Part shown: positions 1 to 7,610 of the stretch, in pieces
Numbering within the stretch: position 1 is the stretch's first letter
How the letters are laid out: each line of letters opens with the position of its first letter
Source of the DNA: Candidatus Electrothrix sp. GW3-4
Lineage (GTDB): Bacteria; Desulfobacterota; Desulfobulbia; Desulfobulbales; Desulfobulbaceae
DNA: 32,000 nucleotides
Direction: 5' to 3'
NCBI RefSeq assembly: GCF_037902255.1
Contig: NZ_CP147990.1
Span: 210,001 to 242,000 of the forward strand
The notes under the pieces: generated by a model
The model's database searches: none
What the model saw: only the letters and a program-made list of their open reading frames with translations
What the model was told of the DNA's origin: nothing
Position numbers and translations under genes: made by a program

Positions 1-792
1 TCCACGGTGGGTTGTAATTTCTTCTGCCAGCATTGCCAGAATTATCAGATTTCCCAGTACCCACACATGTACGCCGGGGCGATTGTTGGTAATCTGCGTA
101 CCCCAGCACAGGTCGTCGCGGCAGCGGAACAGGGCCGTTGCCAGAGTGTCAGTTATACCTATGTGGAACCGACAATTTTTTACGAGTTTGCCCGAGACTG
201 CATGGAACTGGCCCATGCCCAGGGCCTTGCCAATCTCTTTGTCAGTAACGGCTTTATGACAGCAGAGTGCAGCCGGGAGCTGGCGCCTCTGCTTGATGGG
301 ATCAATATTGATATCAAGTCGTTTTCCGAAGAATTTTATCAAACGGTCTGCAAGGCCTCTCTCCAGCCGGTGCTGGATACTGTCCGCCTGCTGCGGGAAC
401 TGGGGGTCTGGGTGGAGGTGACCACCCTGGTCATTCCCGGTCTGAATGATGCCGCTGAAGAACTTGCAGGGATAGCCTCTTTTCTCAAGGAGGTGGATCC
501 TGCCATCCCCTGGCATGTAACGGGCTTCTACCCGACCTATAAGATGCTTGATCGAGTTCCGACTTCGGTTGCCTCCCTCCGTATGGCCCGGCAGATTGGT
601 CTGGATGCGGGCCTCCGCTTTGTCTATCAGGGCAATGTTCACTCTGGAGAAGGAGAAAGCACCTTGTGCCCCTCCTGTCACACGGAGTTGCTTTCCCGAA
701 CTGGTTTTCTGGTCCAGAATAATCGACTTTCAGATGGTAGGTGCCCAAAATGTCAGGAAGTCATCGAAGGTGTCTGGTGCGTTCCCCAATAA
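1..792 (+). CDS. amrS: AmmeMemoRadiSam-system radical SAM enzyme; the 5' end lies outside the window
   Basis: The frame is open from nt 1 (STVGCNFFCQHCQN), giving the CxxxCxxC radical-SAM cluster motif. The C-terminal Cys pairs CPSC...CPKC followed by IEGVW are typical of this subfamily. Recognised from memory, not searched. Confidence 0.8.
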   Translation, partial: STVGCNFFCQHCQNYQISQYPHMYAGAIVGNLRTPAQVVAAAEQGRCQSVSYTYVEPTIFYEFARDCMELAHAQGLANLFVSNGFMTAECSRELAPLLDGINIDIKSFSEEFYQTVCKASLQPVLDTVRLLRELGVWVEVTTLVIPGLNDAAEELAGIASFLKEVDPAIPWHVTGFYPTYKMLDRVPTSVASLRMARQIGLDAGLRFVYQGNVHSGEGESTLCPSCHTELLSRTGFLVQNNRLSDGRCPKCQEVIEGVWCVPQ

Positions 793-810
793 TGATGAAA
801 GGAGGTTCGA

Positions 811-1923
811 ATGAGATACGCTGATGTGGTTCGTTTGAAATCTGTTCAGGCCGTTCTGCTGCTCATCGCCTTGGTCGGGGCCTTTCTGCTGGGGAGGTGT
901 ACTGGACCGGAACCGAGCAAAGAGGCCGTTGTTGAGAAAGAACAACCAGCACCTGTACAGCCAGTGGAAGAGAAGGTCCCGGTAGTTGTGGAAAAAAGCG
1001 GGGCAGTTAAACCACAGGACATCTCGGTCGAGCCCGTTCCTCCCCCAGAGACTGGGGTGGCAGACGAGGAAGGATACGATTTTACGGAGCAATGCAGGGA
1101 TATTCTGCCGGATATCCGCTGTTGGTGCTCCTGCCTCCCTGAACCTCCCTCCTTGGTGCCCTCGCCTCCCAAAGAGGTGCCTGAGATTATCCCCGAAGAA
1201 ATTCCTGAAGCCCTGCCTGAAGTAAAGTCTGAAGTAAAGCCTGAAGTAAAGCCTGAAGTAGAAGAGACCGAGGAAGAGAAAATGCCTCCTCCTGATATCC
1301 CGGTCAAGGTCGGGGAAAGGCTTCCTGAGGTCTTTCTTGGCTATGATGATGCCGTCTGTGCAGGAGACCTGGTTCCGGCAGTGCGGGCCTCGGTGGCAGA
1401 CCTTGAGGCCCAAGCCATCCTGTACGGAGTAGGGCCACTCAGCGACTGCTCAGGTATCTTTCATCGGGTCTTGATGGGAGTAAAGAAGCGTTGTCCTGAT
1501 CATGCATATCCGCCCATTGACGTGTATCGGGATTCCAGAGATCTTGCCCGTTGGTATAATGAACAGGGCGAGTTGATCCTCATCGAAGACGCCTTGCAAC
1601 GTACCGATCTGATCAGGCCGGGCATGGTCCTGTTCTACGGGCGTGCAGGAAGGGTTTTTAAGAACTTTACCGTTGATGATCTGGTTGCGACCCGAGCCGG
1701 GATTGATCATGTGGGCGTGGTGGTGCGTGTGCAGCGGGATGAAGACGGTGAGGTGTCCAATTATAGGCTGTTCCACGGGCATGGTCGTAAAGGCAAGACA
1801 TTCGCCTCAGCAACCAACTGGCATAGGCGCGAGCCTACCAGGGCCAGTTACCCGCCCTTTGGTAATGGGCGCCAGCAGCTGGTGGCCGCAGCCCGGATTG
1901 TTCGGCCTGAAGAGCAGGAGTAG
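811..1923 (+). CDS. Membrane-anchored or secreted NlpC/P60-like cysteine peptidase with a Pro/Glu/Val/Lys-rich linker
   Basis: A strong SD (AAAGGAGG) lies 5 nt before ATG 811. There is an N-terminal hydrophobic anchor (AVLLLIALVGAFLLG) and a Pro/Glu-rich linker. The C-terminal half has DCSGIF (catalytic Cys context) and IDHVGVVV (His context), as in NlpC/P60 papain-fold peptidases. Confidence 0.7.
   Translation: MRYADVVRLKSVQAVLLLIALVGAFLLGRCTGPEPSKEAVVEKEQPAPVQPVEEKVPVVVEKSGAVKPQDISVEPVPPPETGVADEEGYDFTEQCRDILPDIRCWCSCLPEPPSLVPSPPKEVPEIIPEEIPEALPEVKSEVKPEVKPEVEETEEEKMPPPDIPVKVGERLPEVFLGYDDAVCAGDLVPAVRASVADLEAQAILYGVGPLSDCSGIFHRVLMGVKKRCPDHAYPPIDVYRDSRDLARWYNEQGELILIEDALQRTDLIRPGMVLFYGRAGRVFKNFTVDDLVATRAGIDHVGVVVRVQRDEDGEVSNYRLFHGHGRKGKTFASATNWHRREPTRASYPPFGNGRQQLVAAARIVRPEEQE
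1216..1263 (+). repeat. In-frame 12-bp tandem repeat, 4 units (cctgaagtaaag), encoding PEVK SEVK PEVK PEVE
   Basis: Read directly; units start at 1216, 1228, 1240 and 1252. The repeat lies inside the linker of CDS 811-1923. Confidence 0.9.
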
Positions 1924-1957
1924 GCGGGTGTATTTCGGTTGTGCCGAATTCTGGAGG

Positions 1958-1975
1958 GGCGTTTCGCGAAACGCC
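1958..1975. terminator. Perfect 18-bp palindrome GGCGTTTCGCGAAACGCC between convergent genes; possible bidirectional terminator hairpin or protein-binding site
   Basis: The palindrome is read directly. It lies 35 nt after the stop of CDS 811-1923. No T-run follows, so the terminator call is weak. Confidence 0.3.
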
Positions 1976-2146
1976 TGTACAGGTGGAATATGCTGAGGGG
2001 GTGTTGCAGAGTTCCCTGGTAGGTACTGGGCTCGTACTGCTCTGGTATACACAGCATGCGAATGCGCTACATGTTGTCCTTTTTAGGCACGCTGAAAGAG
2101 TAACTCCACGCACTATGCGTTTGAAGTGTCTATGTCTCAGTCTCAG

Positions 2147-2602
2147 CTACACGTCGTTTTGACTCAGTTTTCTATAGACGCCAAGGCTGATGATCAGCAG
2201 CACAGCCGCGATCAGCAGCAAAGTTGGGTAAATCAAGAGAGTGATATCCTTTTTTCCGGCATCAAAAATAAAGACCAGAGCTTCAAGGCTCACCGCAATG
2301 GAAATGATGACGAGAAATTTTGATAAGGTGGCTCGCTGTGTTGCGGGTGTGATTGCGTGATGGCTTTTTACAACCTCTTCCTCCAATAAAAATTTAGAGA
2401 CATCAAAGACGGCCATGCCGATGACAATCAGCCCGACGGCGTCAAGAAGGGCTTTCACCAGCAGCTGTTTTTCATGTATTGAATTCCAGATATTGCAAAT
2501 AGCGACGATAATCATGGTCAGGCTGATCAGGCCCAGAGAGATACTTATCAAGCTGAATACTACCAGACCGATTCGTTCTGATAGATTTTTCGGGAATATC
2601 AT
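2147..2602 (-). CDS. Small integral membrane protein (about 4 TM helices), family not recognised
   Basis: SD AGGAGAA lies upstream of ATG 2602. Four hydrophobic stretches are present: GLVVFSLISISLGLISLTMIIVAI, AVGLIVIGMAVF, FLVIISIAVSLEALVFIF and IYPTLLLIAAVLLIISLGV. Confidence 0.7.
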   Translation of the reverse strand: MIFPKNLSERIGLVVFSLISISLGLISLTMIIVAICNIWNSIHEKQLLVKALLDAVGLIVIGMAVFDVSKFLLEEEVVKSHHAITPATQRATLSKFLVIISIAVSLEALVFIFDAGKKDITLLIYPTLLLIAAVLLIISLGVYRKLSQNDV

Positions 2603-2881
2603 GAGTTCTCCTGACCTGCTTGTTTTATGAAGCCACTTTGTTTCCGCTGAAGGGCAACTTTATTGGGATTTGGAACTATTCAGATGAGCTGTTAAAAACA
2701 GGTGCAACACTGCCCGCATGGGTGGTCAGCCTGCTTGTTTTGGGATGAAAACTGCTGTGCGCAGGAGGCGAGAAAGAAGGAAGGGTTGGTACCGATCCGA
2801 TTGTATATATAGTGATAATGGATTACTGTCAATGGAATTGTCGTAATTGAAGGATCGGGGATACGGCAGCAGTAGGGTATA

Positions 2882-3011
2882 CAGCGACTGCTCAGGTATC
2901 TTTCATCGGGTCTTGATGGGAGTAACGAAGCGTTGTCCTGATCATGCATATCCACCCATTGACGTGTATCGGGATTCCAGAGATCTTACCCGTTGGTAAT
3001 GGACGCCAGCC
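2882..3011 (+). pseudogene. Fragment copy of the NlpC/P60-like gene (matches 1440-1556 joined to 1861-1877)
   Basis: 2882-2998 aligns to 1440-1556 with 3 mismatches over 117 bp. It then continues as ggtaatggacgccagc, which matches 1861-1877. This implies an internal deletion of about 300 bp at a ttggta microhomology. There is no start codon and no intact frame. Confidence 0.75.
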
Positions 3012-3111
3012 TCCTGAGGCTAATGGGGCTTGAGCTGCTGAGCTGCCCGGATAAACCTCCGGGCGGTTGGGTCGCTCAGCCTGCTTGTTTATACTCGGCT
3101 CGCTCTCCTTG

Positions 3112-4227
3112 CTATGGCCTTGGCAGGGGCATCAGCGGACCATTGGTGTTGTCACAGCGGCTCACGCAGTTGAAGTGAGCAGGACGAGAACTCCGGGTAC
3201 AATAGGCCCGTCCATAGGGATCTATCAGATCAACCTTGCCGTGCAGATCCTGGCTGGTGCCGTCACTCCAGGTCACCCGGCAGGAAATCCCTTGCCAAAA
3301 TCCCCGGTTACCACATTGCTGGACCACCTTGTAGCTGGATCTTCCCTCGCACCGGCTTTTGAGATGCTGCCAGGAGGTTACGTATTTGGGGGTGGGCTGA
3401 TGAACCACAGGATTGTTAGGTCTTCTTTTCTTCTTCTTTTTTTTCTTCTTATTCCCATTAGTATTGTTCTGGGTTTTGCAAGGCGTTACCCGGCGAGGAT
3501 CAAACTCCATTGTTTCTCTGCACTGGTCAAGGATGCATCTGTTGAGCCCAGCTTCGGAGCATTTTCGCATGGCCTTCCGTTGTGCCCTGCGTTGATTACC
3601 GGCAAGATCGCCTTGGATTGTTTGTGAGAAACCCCGTCGGGCATAGCCGGTAGCTGTGCAAACATACCCGGATTGGGCGCAGCGCTCCTCACATTGCCCA
3701 TGCTTTTGTTCACAGGCCTTGCAGTTAGGGTATTCACGCTGGGGGGCCTGGGACGATTTGGGAAAAATACCACAGCGATATTCGTTTTCCTTTTCTCCTC
3801 CCCAGTTATGAGAGGAACCGCCACCTCCCCAGCCTGGTCGGGACTGGCAGACTTCAATGCTCTCGGGCTGGCGGTTTATTTCCTCTGTGCAGCGCAGGAT
3901 ATTACAGCCATTCAGGCCCTGCTGCTGACATTGTTGGAGGGCTTTTTTTCTTGCCCCCTTTTCCCGTTTGGCCTGTTCTCCCTGCATAGTGCTGCGAAAG
4001 CCATAACGGTCATAGCCCACAGCTGTACAGACAGTGTTGGTCTCGAAACAGCGTTTTTCACAGCGCGGGCTTTGCCGGAGACAGTCCTCGCAGCTTTGGT
4101 ACATTTGTTCGCCGCCCCATCGTGACGAACCAAAGACGTTGCATTCTCTTTCTGCACCGATGGCCTGCTGGCCAAGGCAGAAAAGAGTCCCCACAAGGAA
4201 GGTGCAGGCCCATATTGCTTTTTTCAT
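3112..4227 (-). CDS. Secreted cysteine-rich protein with two homologous 8-Cys modules, a poly-Lys tract and a Cys-rich C-terminal domain
   Basis: SD AGGAGAA precedes ATG 4227. The signal peptide is MKKAIWACTFLVGTLFCLGQQAIGA. Module 1 is CEDC..C...C.......CTAVGYDRYGF...ALQQC....GLNGC. Module 2 is CKAC..C...C.......CTATGYARRGF...AMRKC....GLNRC. The sequence KKKKKKKKRR is encoded at 3418-3450. Confidence 0.8.
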   Translation of the reverse strand: MKKAIWACTFLVGTLFCLGQQAIGAERECNVFGSSRWGGEQMYQSCEDCLRQSPRCEKRCFETNTVCTAVGYDRYGFRSTMQGEQAKREKGARKKALQQCQQQGLNGCNILRCTEEINRQPESIEVCQSRPGWGGGGSSHNWGGEKENEYRCGIFPKSSQAPQREYPNCKACEQKHGQCEERCAQSGYVCTATGYARRGFSQTIQGDLAGNQRRAQRKAMRKCSEAGLNRCILDQCRETMEFDPRRVTPCKTQNNTNGNKKKKKKKKRRPNNPVVHQPTPKYVTSWQHLKSRCEGRSSYKVVQQCGNRGFWQGISCRVTWSDGTSQDLHGKVDLIDPYGRAYCTRSSRPAHFNCVSRCDNTNGPLMPLPRP

Positions 4228-4461
4228 CCGTTTTCTCCTGTTTGCTGGAATGAATGTGTAATTATTTTGGCATAATAGTCTAAGGTGGGTGGCAGGTCAA
4301 GTGGATGGCAGTCTTTCTTTTAGGGGATTTTTTTTGCCGGATTATTCTTGAAATGAGACCTCTCATTAAGAGGTGATATAGTATCTTTAAGTGTAATTTT
4401 ATATTGTCTATAGCTAATATATTATCTTTTATTTTATCTCGTTGTCGGTTAAAATAACGAC

Positions 4462-4773
4462 ATGCTTACCTCCATCCCCGCACTCCTCACCCCGCCGGAA
4501 ACGGAACAGCTGTTAGCGGAACGCTTCAAGACCCTGCGCCTTCAGGCAGGGTATAAACGGACCACCCTGGCTGCTCGGGCCGGAGTGTCTCCGGCATCTC
4601 TGAAGCGCTTTGAAACAACTGGGCAGGTTTCCCTTAAAAATCTTTTGCGTCTGGCCCATGCTCTGGGTCGTTTACCGGAATTTGCTGATCTTTTGGCTCC
4701 CCAGGAAGCTCGCTCTCTAGCTGAGCTCAAAGAGATGAGTCGCCAAGATACGCCGAAACGGGGGAGGATTTAG
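4462..4773 (+). CDS. hipB: XRE-family HTH protein, HipB-like antitoxin
   Basis: The HTH signature is LRLQAGYKRTTLAARAGVSPASLKRFETTGQVSLKNLLRLAHALG. It lies directly upstream of, and in frame with, a hipA remnant. Confidence 0.75.
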   Translation: MLTSIPALLTPPETEQLLAERFKTLRLQAGYKRTTLAARAGVSPASLKRFETTGQVSLKNLLRLAHALGRLPEFADLLAPQEARSLAELKEMSRQDTPKRGRI

Positions 4774-5268
4774 CGCCGTTATCATATCCACACCTTTGGC
4801 AATCTTATCCAGGCGAATTTTCGTATCCCGTCCTGTGATTATGCTGATCTTTTCAAGGTGACGACCCTGCTGACCCGCAACCATGGTGACCTGCTGCGGG
4901 CCTTCCGGCTGATGCTGTTCAATATCCTGACCCATAATCGTGACGACCATGTGAAGAATTTCAGTTTGATCCTGGATGGTCGCACAGGAAAATGGTCGCT
5001 GGCTCCGGCCTATGACCTCACCTTTGCCGACGGCCCCGGAGGCGAGCACAGCATGACTGTTGCCGGTGAAGGCCGGGCTCCTGCGTACAGGCAGGTTGTT
5101 GAGCTGGCAGGGCGGTATGGTGTTGCGGAGAAAGAGGTGGAAGTGATGTTTGATGAGGTTGCCGCTGCTGTGGAACGGTGGCCGGAGTTTGCTCGGGTTG
5201 CCGGGGTCAGAGAGGCGATGAGTGCGAAGATTTCTCGGCGGTTGGCGGCAGTGCGATTGCGGGCATAA
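4774..5268 (+). pseudogene. hipA: HipA-family kinase toxin, C-terminal remnant only (about 160 of the expected ~440 aa)
   Basis: The frame opens right after the hipB stop: RRYHIHTFGNLIQANFRIPSCDYADLF..LFNILTHNRDDHVKNFSLILDGRTGKWSLAPAYDL. This matches the catalytic-loop region of the HipA C-terminal domain. The N-terminal and P-loop-containing part is absent. Confidence 0.75.
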
Positions 5269-5295
5269 AGGGTAGAAATGTGGATGCACAGCAGG

Positions 5296-5448
5296 CTGTG
5301 ACGAATCGTTGCACTAGGGTGCAACGGTCAGTTCCACTATAGTGCAAGGACGAGTTCCACTAGGGTGCAACGGTCGGTTCCACTAGAGTGTAACGATGAG
5401 TTCTACTATAGTGCAATGACAGGTTGCACTCCAGTGTGACTGTATTTT
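5296..5448. repeat. Tandem array of 23-bp units (6 full units plus a half unit), iteron-like
   Basis: Units start at 5311, 5334, 5357, 5380, 5403 and 5426. The consensus is CCACTAnrGTGCAAnGrnnrGTT. The cores CACTATAGTG (perfect palindrome) and CACTAGGGTG alternate. The array sits between two convergent gene ends. Confidence 0.85.
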
Positions 5449-5471
5449 GTACGGGCGATTGCCAATCGCCC

Positions 5472-7610
5472 CTACGCCCCCCGCCGCTTGGCCCGCACCC
5501 GTTCCAATCCTTCACGCCATGTCTCCAAAGAAGGATGCCCCATAGCCTCTGCAATCTCCACGGCTTGGCTGATGTATTGCTCGGCTTGGGCAAGGTCACC
5601 TTGCTCTTCGTAAATCATACCGATGTTCCAGCTCGTGATTGCTTCTCCTGCCTTGTTACCGAGATCTTGGTGTATGCTCAGGCTCTGCTTCAGGTAGGTC
5701 AAGGCCGTGGCATAGTCACCCTGTGGCTGGTAAACTTGGCTGATACAGTTCAGCGTTGCTCCTTCCCCGTATCTGTTTCTGATCTCCCGTTGTATGGTCA
5801 GACTTTGCTCCAGATAGGCCAGTGCTGCAGCATAGTTGCCAAGTATCCTATGGATGTTGCCGATGTTGCTCAATGCACAGTCTTCCCCTGCCCGGTCGCC
5901 AATCTGCCGCTGTATAGTCAGGCTTTGCTCCGCATAATTCAATGCCGTGGCATAGTCGCCCTGTAGCTGGTAAATCAAGCTGATACTGTTCAACGTTGCT
6001 CCTTCCCCATATCTGTTTCTGATCTCCCGTTGTATGGTCAGGCTTTGCTCCAGATAGGCCAGTGCTGCAGCATAGTCGCCAAGTACCCTATGGATGTTGC
6101 CGATGTTATTCAACGCACAGTCTTCTCCAGCCTTATTTCCGATTTCCCGACAGATGATCAGATGTTGTTCATACAAGGGGAGGGCGGCGGTATAATTTCC
6201 CTGTGTCTGATAAATCTGGCCGATGTTGTTTAATGCTGTCCCTTCGCCTGGTTTGTTGCCGATCTCACGGTATATGCTCAAACTTTGCTCCAGATACTTC
6301 AGGGCATTAGCGGAGTCGCCTCGTACCCTGTAAATCTGACTGATATTGTTTAATGCTGTTCCTTCTTCGTCCCTGCCATCAATCTCACGACATATCGTCA
6401 GACTCTGCTCATATAGGTGCAGAGCGGCGGCATAATCACCCTGTGCCTCATAAATTTGACCGATGTTGCCCAGCGCAATCCCTTCTCCTTTTTTATCGCT
6501 GATCTCCCGACGTATAGTCAAGCTCTGCTCTAAATAGGTCAGGGCAGTGGTGTAGTCGCTCCATGCCTTGTAAATCTGACTGATATTATTCAGTGTTGAA
6601 CCTTCTCCTTCCCGGTCGCCGATCTCTCGGCTTATGGTCAGGCTCTGCTCAAGATACTTCAGGGCGATGGCATAATCGCACCGTGCATGGTAAAGCGCAC
6701 CGATATTGCCCAAGGTTGTGCCCTCTCCTGCCCGGTTGCCGATCTCACGTTGTATCTTCAGGCTTTGCTCCAGATAGGTCAAGGCAGCAGTATAATCACC
6801 CTTGGCATATGCAATCGTGGCAAAGTTGTTTAGGATTGTCGCTTCACCTGCCCGGTCGCAGATCTCCCGGCGTATCATCAGGCTTTGCTCCCATAAGGGC
6901 AGGGCACCACTATAGCGGGCAACACGATGAAGGTCATAGCCAGCCTCGTTCAGATGATCTGCCCGCTTCTTTTTTTTGTCTTCTGGTAGCAGCGCGGCGG
7001 CCTTCTGCCAGTATTCAGAAGCCTTGGCATAGCGCAACTGTATACGCTGGAGGTGGGCTTGGTCGGCATTGGTTTCCGCAGCAGAGATGCGCCGTTTCCG
7101 GGTGATTTTCTCCTGTTCCTCAATAGCTTGGAGGTCGCGGGCTTCAGCCTGATTTTGCAGCTCCTCAGCCTTGGCGTAGTCACCAAGCTCAATTGCCTGC
7201 CGTGCTTCTTCCTTCAGTCGTACCACCTGCGAGTCTTCGGACTGCACTGTCTCCAAGCGAAGGAGCAGTTCTTTATAATGCCCGGCTACCTCCCTCAGTT
7301 TGCAATCCAAGCCGCTGCGTGGAACCTGCTGTTCTTCCAATACCCGGAAAAAGCTACTTAGGGCGGCATCAGTAACTGCGAGATCGCCTGCATAGCGAGC
7401 AAAGACTTCCGGTGATATGCCGTAGTTATTGACCTGCTTACCGATGGCCCCTTCGCCTTCAGCAATGTTTATATCTCCATTGCCGCTGTGGGGGTAGACA
7501 CTGCCCTGAACATCACCGCCAACCGTTACGCCTCCTTCACCGGCGACTGTACTGCCGTTCTGCGTTATTGTCCCGGAGCCGCTGTTCTCATCACTTTTCC
7601 TCTTCTTCAT
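5472..7610 (-). CDS. TPR-repeat protein (about 12 x 40-aa TPR_12-like units) with an N-terminal Gly/Asn/Asp-rich motif and a coiled-coil linker; putative sensor partner of 7591-8028
   Basis: Repeating units of the form NNIGxIYxxxGDYxxALxYLEQSLxIxREIGxxxGE are read directly. N-terminal residues 26-61 are GGVTVGGDVQGSVYPHSGNGDINIAEGEGAIGKQVN. No canonical Walker A was found. Confidence 0.9.
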   Translation of the reverse strand: MKKRKSDENSGSGTITQNGSTVAGEGGVTVGGDVQGSVYPHSGNGDINIAEGEGAIGKQVNNYGISPEVFARYAGDLAVTDAALSSFFRVLEEQQVPRSGLDCKLREVAGHYKELLLRLETVQSEDSQVVRLKEEARQAIELGDYAKAEELQNQAEARDLQAIEEQEKITRKRRISAAETNADQAHLQRIQLRYAKASEYWQKAAALLPEDKKKKRADHLNEAGYDLHRVARYSGALPLWEQSLMIRREICDRAGEATILNNFATIAYAKGDYTAALTYLEQSLKIQREIGNRAGEGTTLGNIGALYHARCDYAIALKYLEQSLTISREIGDREGEGSTLNNISQIYKAWSDYTTALTYLEQSLTIRREISDKKGEGIALGNIGQIYEAQGDYAAALHLYEQSLTICREIDGRDEEGTALNNISQIYRVRGDSANALKYLEQSLSIYREIGNKPGEGTALNNIGQIYQTQGNYTAALPLYEQHLIICREIGNKAGEDCALNNIGNIHRVLGDYAAALAYLEQSLTIQREIRNRYGEGATLNSISLIYQLQGDYATALNYAEQSLTIQRQIGDRAGEDCALSNIGNIHRILGNYAAALAYLEQSLTIQREIRNRYGEGATLNCISQVYQPQGDYATALTYLKQSLSIHQDLGNKAGEAITSWNIGMIYEEQGDLAQAEQYISQAVEIAEAMGHPSLETWREGLERVRAKRRGA

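Noticed and set aside
730-1413. Minus-strand ORFs (227 aa and 153 aa) antisense to the NlpC/P60-like gene, including an FRLYFRLYFRLY repeat.
   Set aside because: The repeat is just the reverse translation of the in-frame PEVK 12-bp tandem repeat. The plus-strand gene has a strong SD and a recognisable catalytic domain.
2612-3090. The 12-14-nt word (t)cagcctgcttgttt recurring at about 2612, 2724 and 3075.
   Set aside because: The word is short and imperfect, with no consistent spacing or symmetry. It is probably partly a by-product of the decayed duplicated segment.
4717-5289. Minus-strand ORFs (190 aa and 104 aa) antisense to the hipA remnant.
   Set aside because: The plus-strand frame carries unmistakable HipA C-domain motifs. 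The antisense products are Pro/Arg/Ser-rich with no recognisable features.
5424-7361. Plus-strand ORFs antisense to the TPR gene (5424-5966, 6030-6233, 6593-7105, 7053-7361).
   Set aside because: These are shadow ORFs of a long repetitive gene. The minus-strand frame gives canonical TPR units throughout.
7428-7460. GEGAIGKQ in the shared motif, which looks like a Walker A P-loop (GxxxxGK[ST]).
   Set aside because: Position 8 is Gln, not Ser/Thr. No preceding beta-strand or downstream Walker B is evident. The same sequence sits in the extreme C-terminal tail of the 145-aa partner protein, so it belongs to the shared motif rather than to an NTPase fold.
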